Assembly (NCBI RefSeq): GCF_000195975.1
Contig: NC_005070.1
Location: forward strand, 2,250,001 to 2,282,000
DNA from: Parasynechococcus marenigrum WH 8102
GTDB lineage: Bacteria; Cyanobacteriota; Cyanobacteriia; PCC-6307; Cyanobiaceae
Direction of reading: 5' to 3'
DNA: 32,000 bases
Shown: in pieces, positions 1 through 8,156 of the stretch
Layout of the letters: each line of letters starts with the position of its first letter
How positions within the stretch are numbered: the stretch's first letter is position 1
Made by a program: the position numbers and the translations under genes
The notes under the pieces: generated by a model
Database searches by the model: none
The model's input: the letters and a program-made list of their open reading frames with translations, nothing else
What the model was told of the DNA's origin: nothing

Positions 1-930
<930 letters not shown>

Positions 931-945
931 TCACCAGACCTGTCG

Positions 946-2598
946 TCAGCGATTGGAGCCAGGCAGTTGCTCCAGTCGCTGATCACGGCGCATGCGCACC
1001 TGCATCTGGAACCAACCCATCCCCACCGGGACTGCTGCTGCTGCAGGAAGCAGAGCCCAGAGAGGTCGCACGCTGGCACCAACAATGGCGGCGGAGAGTG
1101 CCAAGCAACCCAGCAGTACCGACTGACCGATCGATTGCTGCGCCAGGGTCATTCGGCGGAACTGGCGATCGGATTCACCCAGTCGCACCTGCAGCTGCAG
1201 ATCACCCTGCTCCAACCGCTCAAGGCTCTCGTCCAGACGGCGTGGAAGGGCAGCAGCACGACTGCTCAACGCTCCAACCTGGCGTCCAAGTTCATTGAAC
1301 AGGTCGTTGGAGCCTGATCCGCTCGACGTCATCAGAGGAAGGAGGTAAGGCTTAGCGATCCCCACCAAACTAAAAGCCGGATCGAGGCTGCGGCCGACGC
1401 CCTCGAAAGTGGACAATGCCCGCATTACGAAGATCAGCTCCACCGGCAGACGAAACGGCTGGCCGTACACGAGGTCGTAGAGGTCACCGGAAAGCTTGTC
1501 GATCACATTGCTGCTGAAAGGAGGTGTGAGGGCTTCATTCAGCATCAGACGCACCAACCGGCGCACCGGGCCCACATCAATTTCTTTGGAGATCACACCT
1601 GCCGCCTGCATCTCATCCACCAGCGCGGCTGAATCGCGTGCAGCAGCTGCTCTCACCATCGACCCAAGACGACGGCGCAGACCATCCGACAACAACCCCA
1701 TCATCCCGAAGTCGTAGTAGATGAGAGCACCGTCGCTGGCCACCGCCAGGTTTCCGGGATGGGGATCAGCGTGAAAGAAACCAAAGCGCACCAGCTGCTT
1801 GAGATAACTGGCGGCCCCGATTTCCGCCACGGCAGAAGGGTCGACGCCGGCCTCCACCAGCGCCTCCCGGTCGTTGACCTTGATCCCCGGTAGGTAATCC
1901 AGGCAAAGCACCCGGCGGGTGCTCTGTTCCCAGATCACGGCGGGGATACGAATGCGTTCGTCATCGAGAAACTGTTGACGGAACCGAGCGGCGTATTGCG
2001 CTTCCACCCTGAAATCCAGTTCCCGCAGCAGCACCCGGCGGCATTCCCGAGCCATCGCAGGCCAGTCCCGTCCTCGTCCCCAGCTGGGGTGGCGCTGCAA
2101 CACCGCAGCCACCTGCTGCATCACCTCCAGATCCAAGCGGAAGAGGGTGTCGAGCCCGGGACGTTGGATTTTCAGCACCACCTGACGGCCACTGCGAAGG
2201 CTGGCCCGATGCACCTGTGCGAGGGACGCGGCTCCCAAAGGCACCGGATCGAGATCAATCACCTCAGCGCAACGGGGGCCGAGCTCCTCCTCCAGCACGG
2301 TCTGCACCTGTTCAAACGGGAAAGCGGGCACGCTGTCCTGCAGGGATGCAAGCTCTGCCACCCAACCGGCGGGAAGGATGTCGGGTCGCGCTGAGAGCAA
2401 CTGGCCAAATTTGATAAAGGCCGACCCCAGTTGAAGCAACTCAGCTGTCAACCAGCGGGCCCGCCGTTGCTGCCGGGCAGCACGGCGTTCCGGGGTGGGT
2501 CCACCTCGATAGGTCCAGGCCTGGCTATCCCACCAAAGGAACAGCAGGAAAGTGAGGACGGCGCGCCAGATGCGCAGCCCCCGCAACATGCGGCTCAT
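946..2598 (-). CDS. ABC1/UbiB (AarF) family atypical protein kinase, with C-terminal hydrophobic helices
   Basis: 550-aa ORF with FIKFGQLLSARPDILP, AAPLGAASLAQVHRA, VLKIQRPG and FFHADPHPGNL, which are typical ABC1-family kinase motifs. The hydrophobic C-terminus is LLGCLALSAAIVGA. It is convergent with eno, 15 nt apart. Confidence 0.9.
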   Translation of the reverse strand: MSRMLRGLRIWRAVLTFLLFLWWDSQAWTYRGGPTPERRAARQQRRARWLTAELLQLGSAFIKFGQLLSARPDILPAGWVAELASLQDSVPAFPFEQVQTVLEEELGPRCAEVIDLDPVPLGAASLAQVHRASLRSGRQVVLKIQRPGLDTLFRLDLEVMQQVAAVLQRHPSWGRGRDWPAMARECRRVLLRELDFRVEAQYAARFRQQFLDDERIRIPAVIWEQSTRRVLCLDYLPGIKVNDREALVEAGVDPSAVAEIGAASYLKQLVRFGFFHADPHPGNLAVASDGALIYYDFGMMGLLSDGLRRRLGSMVRAAAARDSAALVDEMQAAGVISKEIDVGPVRRLVRLMLNEALTPPFSSNVIDKLSGDLYDLVYGQPFRLPVELIFVMRALSTFEGVGRSLDPAFSLVGIAKPYLLPLMTSSGSGSNDLFNELGRQVGALSSRAAALPRRLDESLERLEQGDLQLQVRLGESDRQFRRMTLAQQSIGQSVLLGCLALSAAIVGASVRPLWALLPAAAAVPVGMGWFQMQVRMRRDQRLEQLPGSNR

Positions 2599-2930
2599 CA
2601 GGAGCGAGCCTCTAGGACCCTGTTGATCTCAGCCACCGAGGCGCGCAGGCGATCAACCAGGTCCTGCGGAGAGCTCGGCTTGGATTCGGTCGTCGTCTCA
2701 GAGAGCTCAACGTCAGAGCCCGGTGATCGAGAGGCAGGGGCATCGCCATGTTCCAACCGCTGGGCTTCCGCCTGAACCTCTTCCTGAAACAACTCCCACT
2801 CCCGACGGAGGCGTTCTGGCGCATCCTGCGCCAGAACAGCAATCTCTGCTGCCGCATCCGCTAAGCCATGTCCAAGGCGAGCGCTGATTCGGTTGACGGT
2901 TGCACGGATGAATGCTTCCGAAGACCCCAT
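2598..2930 (-). CDS. Hypothetical 110-aa helical/acidic protein, translationally coupled to the ABC1 kinase gene
   Basis: ATG-initiated ORF. Its TGA (2600-2598) shares one base with the ATG of the downstream kinase gene (2598-2596), giving TGATG on the minus strand. No family recognised. Confidence 0.55.
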   Translation of the reverse strand: MGSSEAFIRATVNRISARLGHGLADAAAEIAVLAQDAPERLRREWELFQEEVQAEAQRLEHGDAPASRSPGSDVELSETTTESKPSSPQDLVDRLRASVAEINRVLEARS

Positions 2931-2980
2931 GTGCGCCTCGAGTACGACGAAACTCTGGCAGATCCGCCGGGTGAATTGAG

Positions 2981-3577
2981 TTATGGAGTTGGCGCCGGAA
3001 TCGGCTCAATCGGAACGAAATAGTCGTTCTGATCAAGGGTCACCTCAGGGTTCGATACCTCGAGTAATGGATCGATGGGATTGAACGGGTCAACCGATGG
3101 ATCCACCAGTGGGTCGATCGAGGCGGCAGGCAGAGACTGCGACTCCTCCGGGAAAGGTTGATCAGGTTCCGTCCATTCCGGGGCCGTCCAACTGGGGTCC
3201 GGCAGCGGCGCCCGTAATGCCAGCTCCTCCTTACGGGCAAGCTCCGCCTGAAGGCGGGCCTGCTCTTCGGCCTTGGCTTTGGCCTGACGCTCCGCCTCTG
3301 CCTTGGCTTCGATGGCGGCAACATCGACAACCAAGGAGCCCGTACCACCGGACGAGCGGCGCAACGACGCCAGCGATTGACCAGGAAACTCTTGGCGAAC
3401 GAAGGGTTCCGGCTGGCTTGGGGGCTCGGGGTTGGCCTGCAGAGTCACCACCCTGTGGGTGATGCCGTAGCCCAAAGAGAAGCAACACCCCACCAGGAGT
3501 GGACCAACCCAAAAACGGGGGCGTCGAGCCTGAGCCGGCTCGGCCTGAACTTTGCTGTGCTCGGATTCGTGTGTCAT
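2981..3577 (-). CDS. Hypothetical membrane-anchored protein with a coiled-coil and a Pro/Asp-rich tail
   Basis: 198-aa ATG ORF. It has one hydrophobic helix (FWVGPLLVGCCFSLGYGI), a charged heptad-like stretch (AEAERQAKAKAEEQARLQAELARKEE), then a P/D/E-rich C-terminus. It is on the same strand as the next ORF and 50 nt upstream of it. No family recognised. Confidence 0.5.
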   Translation of the reverse strand: MTHESEHSKVQAEPAQARRPRFWVGPLLVGCCFSLGYGITHRVVTLQANPEPPSQPEPFVRQEFPGQSLASLRRSSGGTGSLVVDVAAIEAKAEAERQAKAKAEEQARLQAELARKEELALRAPLPDPSWTAPEWTEPDQPFPEESQSLPAASIDPLVDPSVDPFNPIDPLLEVSNPEVTLDQNDYFVPIEPIPAPTP

Positions 3578-4047
3578 GAGTTTATTTTCGCAGCCTTCTC
3601 GATGTAGGCCAAGTGAAAGTCGCGCAACAGAGCCCGTGGAGCAACAATCCAGACCCGATCAATTCAACTTTTTCCTCTCGTATCACCACAGAAAAACAAA
3701 TCGAACCCTGACAATTCGACCGAGAAGAGTCGTCATATAACCACTTTAGACCTCACACAATCCGCTTCAATCATTCCACCAGTGCGTCGAGCCGGATCGG
3801 AATTTCTCAGACAACACAAGGTCAACATGACCAACGAAGACCGAAGTGACAGACAAAAGGAATGACGCTCATTCCGCCAAACGAATCTCAGGCGAAATAC
3901 ATATGGGATATGGGAATAACTACAAACCGCCTCAAAAAGGCGATTAACTTGCCTCGCGGTCACAACCTAAGGCCAAGCACTTATAGGCAAAAGCAGAATG
4001 AGATGACAGCACAATCTATCCGCAATGAAATGGAGCAAATCTTTGAT

Positions 4048-5934
4048 TTACAGCGCATCAATAATGGTCAGCCGCAATGAATCCAAAGGAATATCACTGT
4101 AGTGACTGGGGTATTCCGGCCGCACAACAACATCAACCCACTCCTCACCCTCCGCTTGGCTTCCAGCCACAACGGGCAACTCAAACAATGCAGTGGCCTC
4201 ACCCGGCTCAAACGTGACGGAATTACCAAGAACTAAGACATCATGAAAATCTTCAGAATAGCCTTCTAAAGAATCCCAATTCTTTGTATCAGGGGAGAAA
4301 GTGAAGTCCAACCATATTCTCGAGGCGTTGGAGACATCACCATCTTCTCGTGTCAATTGCAGAATCTTTGTTTCCAAACCTGAACGAGGTTCCACAACAC
4401 GATCGCCACCAACCCAATCCGCCAGCAGCTTGGGAGCTTTCCAGCGTTGAGACAAATCAAATTCTCGACTCTCAATCAAAAGAGGACTATCAACCAAAGG
4501 TGATGGCGTTGATACGCCGCTCTCCGATCCATAAACAAACTGAAGCGCTCTGATATCAAGATCGGTATATCCAGGATCACCGTCAGCATCCTGTTCCTTC
4601 ACGTACGACATCACCGTGCCATTGGTATCAATGTCGGCATCAACATCGCCATCGGAGTCGTCGTGGGGATGCTCCAGACCTAAGGCATGCCCGAACTCAT
4701 GAAAGGCGGTGCTTTTCCAACCCGCTTCGCGGGATCCGGCATAGCGGGAGGCTTGGGTGTAAGCACCCGCTGACAGGTTGATGGTTCCTTGCTGCTCAAC
4801 ACGGCGATAGTTGTACTGACTTTCATCGGCCAATTCAGACCAAGTGGTGCTGGGGCTTTGGTAAATCCCGGCTGCGCCATCACTAACCTCTGACGCCGAT
4901 GTTTGGTTCAGCACCAACTGAGATTTTGGATGATCCTGCGGGACAATGACAAATTCAGGTTCAATCAAGCCATCTGTAGCAGCGAGAACGTCCTCCCACC
5001 AACGCTTCGTTTCAGCCGTGAGACCGGAGCCGAACGAGACATAAATCAGTCCATCATCGGAGTAGAGATAAAGGGATGCATAGTGATCAGCGGTATCCAT
5101 TACCTCTTGGTCCAGAACAATCAACAGATCCTGGGGGATAGAACGCAGCGCAACATCCGCCTCATAACCTTCAACCTGCAAGGTATAGGAGCCCGTAAAG
5201 GAGTGTTGGGCATAGACCTCCGCGAACATTGCATCACTCTTGGCGCGATAACCGGACGTGGAGGCGGAATTGCCGTTGTATGCCACGGCAGGATCTAAAA
5301 CCCGACCACCTGCATCAACCAGGCGCACCAACGGATTTGTATCCTCGGCCGCGTCCACGGACAGCTTCACGACATCTCCAGTCGAACTGGAGACTGGAAA
5401 GCGGTCAACTTCCCCACCCACGCTGATCGCCCCGGAAAAATCCTGCACAGACAATTGCGGAGGCCGCGGCCCATTAGCGAAGAGCCCATCCTTTGGCGCA
5501 GTGGGGGGAGCTGGCGTTACTGGCTCAGGGAGCGTTATTGGCTCAGGAGGCGTTATTGGCTCGAGGGTCGTTACTGGCTCAGGGGGCGGAGGTACTTCAT
5601 CCGAAAACAAAAAGTTACTGGAATTCAAAGAAGCACTCTTTTGAAAAAGCCCAACAACTCCGCCTTTTCCAAATCCCTTCACAACTCCATTTTCATTGAA
5701 AAAAAGACGGCCACTCTTGGCATAATAAATAAACTCAGCATCCGACTTCTTTGACTTCTTGAAATCCCTTTTTAATGAGGCAACATAGACAGATGCCGTC
5801 GCGGGAACGCCGAAAGCCTCATAATCAATTAAAAGGAGATCTTCGTCAGGACTGAAACTACTGAACTTATTCTCTTTTTTTGCATTTTTCTTGCTGTACT
5901 TTGATAGTGGCTTTAAGTAATATTTGCCAGACAT
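4048..5934 (-). CDS. Multidomain M10-type (matrixin/serralysin-like metzincin) zinc metalloprotease
   Basis: 628-aa ORF. HEFGHALGLEH (HExxHxxGxxH) lies at 4669-4701, followed by the Met-turn candidate GTVMSY and the M10-typical DLDIRALQFVYG. Residues ~163-258 (5161-5448) look like a pre-peptidase PPC domain (GEVDRF...GSYTLQVEGY). Residues ~515-628 (4051-4392) look Calx-beta-like (VTFEPGEATALFELPV...LRLTIID). A Pro-rich PEP[VI]T linker covers residues 115-147. The N-terminus is Lys-rich with no hydrophobic signal peptide. Confidence 0.85.
   Translation of the reverse strand: MSGKYYLKPLSKYSKKNAKKENKFSSFSPDEDLLLIDYEAFGVPATASVYVASLKRDFKKSKKSDAEFIYYAKSGRLFFNENGVVKGFGKGGVVGLFQKSASLNSSNFLFSDEVPPPPEPVTTLEPITPPEPITLPEPVTPAPPTAPKDGLFANGPRPPQLSVQDFSGAISVGGEVDRFPVSSSTGDVVKLSVDAAEDTNPLVRLVDAGGRVLDPAVAYNGNSASTSGYRAKSDAMFAEVYAQHSFTGSYTLQVEGYEADVALRSIPQDLLIVLDQEVMDTADHYASLYLYSDDGLIYVSFGSGLTAETKRWWEDVLAATDGLIEPEFVIVPQDHPKSQLVLNQTSASEVSDGAAGIYQSPSTTWSELADESQYNYRRVEQQGTINLSAGAYTQASRYAGSREAGWKSTAFHEFGHALGLEHPHDDSDGDVDADIDTNGTVMSYVKEQDADGDPGYTDLDIRALQFVYGSESGVSTPSPLVDSPLLIESREFDLSQRWKAPKLLADWVGGDRVVEPRSGLETKILQLTREDGDVSNASRIWLDFTFSPDTKNWDSLEGYSEDFHDVLVLGNSVTFEPGEATALFELPVVAGSQAEGEEWVDVVVRPEYPSHYSDIPLDSLRLTIIDAL
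5516..5587 (-). repeat. Four tandem copies of an 18-bp unit inside the metalloprotease gene, encoding the PEP[VI]T-x linker
   Basis: Plus-strand units are gttactggctcagggagc, gttattggctcaggaggc, gttattggctcgagggtc and gttactggctcagggggc. They are contiguous and in frame (6 codons each). Confidence 0.9.
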
Positions 5935-5957
5935 TTAACTTAACTTAAAACATTACG

Positions 5958-6206
5958 CTAAAAGTAGTCAAAGAGCAAGCCTGTGTCAAGCAATTGCCAA
6001 CAGATTACTGCAAACCTCACCAACACCCACGGCAGCATAGTCACACTTTTCACATGAAAGTAGGGAATCACTTCCCTCCAACTTAGGGTCATGAATTCCA
6101 CAAAAGCGAACAACTTAAACAGATCCGTCCAATACCTCAACAACGAACACGGCATAACCAAAGCCCAAGAATCGCAGATGGACGTCTCATGCGCAGTAGA
6201 AGACAC
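5958..6206 (-). CDS. Possible small hydrophobic protein upstream of the metalloprotease (doubtful)
   Basis: 82-aa ORF in the AT-rich islet that ends 23 nt upstream of the protease ATG. It is hydrophobic (LPWVLVRFAVICWQLL). No family recognised. It overlaps the candidate protease promoter. Confidence 0.2.
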   Translation of the reverse strand: MSSTAHETSICDSWALVMPCSLLRYWTDLFKLFAFVEFMTLSWREVIPYFHVKSVTMLPWVLVRFAVICWQLLDTGLLFDYF

Positions 6207-6315
6207 AACGAATTATTATTTCATTGATCGAAACTTCTCGTGCGTTCAAGGCAGACGTTTTTTTGACCGCCAAAACTCCATGCCTTTTACATGGCAAACG
6301 CGCCCAACATTGCGA

Positions 6316-7545
6316 TCAGGTGGTGTAATCGGCGTTGATCCGCACATATTGATCGGACAAATCGCAGCCCCAGGCAAGACCGTTGCCTGGTCCATCCCCC
6401 AGCTGGATCCTGATTTGCACCGTCTCGCTACGAAGCACACGGCTCGCCGCCTCAGGATCAAAGGAAAGCGGCTGCCCCGACTGCATCAGCTGATGCGGAC
6501 CAATCCAGAGCGCAACCTGCTCCGGATCGAACGGAACACCGGAACGACCAGCGGCAGCGACGATCCGGCCCCAGTTGGGATCCCGCCCGTGCACGGCCGT
6601 CTTCACCAACGAGGAACCAACGATGGTGCGGGCTACCCGCTGCGCTGACGGCTCATCGAGGGCTCCCTCCACCTGCACCTCAATCAGACAGGTCGCCCCC
6701 TCGCCATCACGGGCAATGGCCTTGGCCAGGTGCTGCATCGCCTCGGTCAATCCCTGCTCCAAGGCCGCATGGTGCACAGAATCCAAGGGATCTCCAGCGG
6801 CAAAGGCCAGCACTGTGTCGTTCGTGCTGGTGTCGCCATCGACGGTGATGGCGTTGAAGGAGCGCTGAACCGCCTGCCCCACCATCGCCTTCCAGATCGA
6901 CGGATCAAGGCCAGCGTCACAACTGAAAAAACCCAGCATTGTGGCCATGTCGGGGTGAATCATTCCTGACCCCTTGGCTATGCCGCCAATGCGGACGCGG
7001 CGGCCCCCCAGCTCGGCCTCCAGCGCCACCTGCTTGCTGACGAGATCGGTGGTGAGAATCGCCGTTGCCGCGGCTTCACCGCCGGTGGCCGACAACGCGG
7101 CGACAAGGGGATCCAACCCCGCCAACAGCTTCGGCATGGGGATCGGCACCCCGATCACACCGGTGGAACAAATCAGCAGAGCCTCTGCATCGAGTCCAAG
7201 CTGATCAGCAAGGGCCTGAGTAGCCCGCTGACTGTCGATTAGACCTCGATCACCAGTACAGGCATTCGCCTGCCCCGAATTAATCAGTACAGCCCTGGCC
7301 TGGCCCCCATTGGCAGCCAGACGCTCAGCGCAGAGATCAACGCACGCCGCACGCACAACGGAGGTGGTGAAGCTGCCAGCGCAGACCGCCTGCTCCGGCG
7401 CCAGCAACAGCGCCATGTCCAACTTGCCGGAGGGTTTCAGACCCGCAGCAATCCCCGAAGCCTGGAAGCCCTGGGGGGAGGTGACACCTCCCGAGACCAA
7501 TTGCCAGGGGGATTGCATCGCACAGCCGAGGGAAACTGGAACCAT
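6316..7545 (-). CDS. argJ: Bifunctional ornithine acetyltransferase / N-acetylglutamate synthase
   Basis: 409 aa with GGVTSPQGFQASGIAAGLK, the TTDLV block, the autoprocessing site context GMIHPDMATMLGFF, and the NDT and DPNWGR blocks. An alternative ATG at 7518 (MQSPWQL) is possible. Confidence 0.93.
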   Translation of the reverse strand: MVPVSLGCAMQSPWQLVSGGVTSPQGFQASGIAAGLKPSGKLDMALLLAPEQAVCAGSFTTSVVRAACVDLCAERLAANGGQARAVLINSGQANACTGDRGLIDSQRATQALADQLGLDAEALLICSTGVIGVPIPMPKLLAGLDPLVAALSATGGEAAATAILTTDLVSKQVALEAELGGRRVRIGGIAKGSGMIHPDMATMLGFFSCDAGLDPSIWKAMVGQAVQRSFNAITVDGDTSTNDTVLAFAAGDPLDSVHHAALEQGLTEAMQHLAKAIARDGEGATCLIEVQVEGALDEPSAQRVARTIVGSSLVKTAVHGRDPNWGRIVAAAGRSGVPFDPEQVALWIGPHQLMQSGQPLSFDPEAASRVLRSETVQIRIQLGDGPGNGLAWGCDLSDQYVRINADYTT

Positions 7546-7559
7546 CCTCCTTCGGCAGC

Positions 7560-8156
7560 ATGCAGCGCCGCATCGGCCTCACTGGTGGTATTGCCAGCGG
7601 CAAAAGCAGCGTTGGCCGTTTGCTCGAGGCGAGGGGCTGGCCTGTGCTCGATGCCGATCAATACGCCCGCGATGCCCTTGCTCCGAACACAGCTGCATCG
7701 CAAGCGGTGGCGCACCACTTTGGCGCGGCAGTCGGCACTGCTGCCGATCTAGACCGCAAAGCCCTTGGCCGAATCGTGTTCAGCGATCCAGACCAACGCC
7801 GCTGGCTCGAAGCCTTGATCCATCCCGTCGTGAGGGAACGCTTCCAACACGAACTGGCGGAGCTGAGGGATGAGCCGGTGGTGGTGCTGATGATCCCCTT
7901 GCTGTTCGAAGCGGGATTGGACGTTCTATGCAGCGAAATCTGGCTGGTGGACTGCACACCGAAACAACAACTGGAGCGGATGATCCAACGAGATGGGCTG
8001 ACCAAGAACGAGGCACAGAATCGCCTGCAGGCTCAATGGCCCATTGCCCGCAAGCGGGATCGAGCCGATTGCGTGATCGACAACAGCGGCGGAGTCAATG
8101 ACTTGCTGGCAGCGGTTAGTCGTTGCGGCCTGCGCGCTGACGGAACCACTTGGTGA
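7560..8156 (+). CDS. coaE: Dephospho-CoA kinase
   Basis: 198 aa with the N-terminal P-loop IGLTGGIASGKSSV and a CoaE-like length and layout. It is divergent from argJ with only 14-41 nt between the starts. Confidence 0.9.
   Translation: MQRRIGLTGGIASGKSSVGRLLEARGWPVLDADQYARDALAPNTAASQAVAHHFGAAVGTAADLDRKALGRIVFSDPDQRRWLEALIHPVVRERFQHELAELRDEPVVVLMIPLLFEAGLDVLCSEIWLVDCTPKQQLERMIQRDGLTKNEAQNRLQAQWPIARKRDRADCVIDNSGGVNDLLAAVSRCGLRADGTTW

Larger units (their letters stand above)
3578..6315. other. AT-rich genomic islet (probable horizontally acquired or hypervariable insert) between the ABC1-kinase operon and argJ
   Basis: Hand counts give 24/60 G+C at 5641-5700 and 23/60 at 5701-5760, against 38/60 at 7561-7620 in coaE. 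The region holds one long ORF plus about 470 nt and about 380 nt of AT-rich flanks with no convincing coding. No integrase, transposase, tRNA or flanking direct repeats were seen. Confidence 0.6.

Noticed and set aside
3698-3724. Two tRNA T-loop-like strings on the minus strand (GGGTTCGATT and GGTCGAATT) at the islet's left border, which could mark a tRNA or att-site remnant.
   Set aside because: I could not build a T-stem, acceptor stem or anticodon arm around either string. No matching direct repeat was seen at the right border (5935-6315). This may be coincidence.
3733-4080. Two overlapping small ORFs (76 aa minus strand, 72 aa plus strand) in the left flank of the AT-rich islet.
   Set aside because: They exclude each other, and one overlaps the protease 3' end. 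Neither has motifs, hydrophobic helices or a convincing start context. The region is kept only as possibly transcribed non-coding DNA within the islet finding.
5516-5587. Short regularly spaced repeats that could suggest a CRISPR array.
   Set aside because: The units are contiguous 18-mers with no spacers. They lie in frame inside a protein-coding gene, and there are no cas genes in the window.
6270-6294. Hairpin CCATG-ccttttac-CATGG with a nearby T7 run downstream of argJ, as a possible terminator.
   Set aside because: The stem is only 5 bp, and on the argJ (minus) strand it is followed by GTTTTG only. The T7 run is on the plus strand without a convincing preceding stem. This is too weak to call.
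3578-6315. Calling the AT-rich islet a mobile element or prophage remnant.
   Set aside because: No integrase, transposase, terminal inverted repeats, target-site duplication or adjacent tRNA gene could be identified. Only compositional evidence supports foreign origin, so it is reported as an islet and not as a mobile element.
6091-6648. 185-aa plus-strand ORF spanning the islet edge and the 3' end of argJ.
   Set aside because: Its second half is antisense to the well-supported argJ C-terminus. Its first half is AT-rich sequence without protein-like features.
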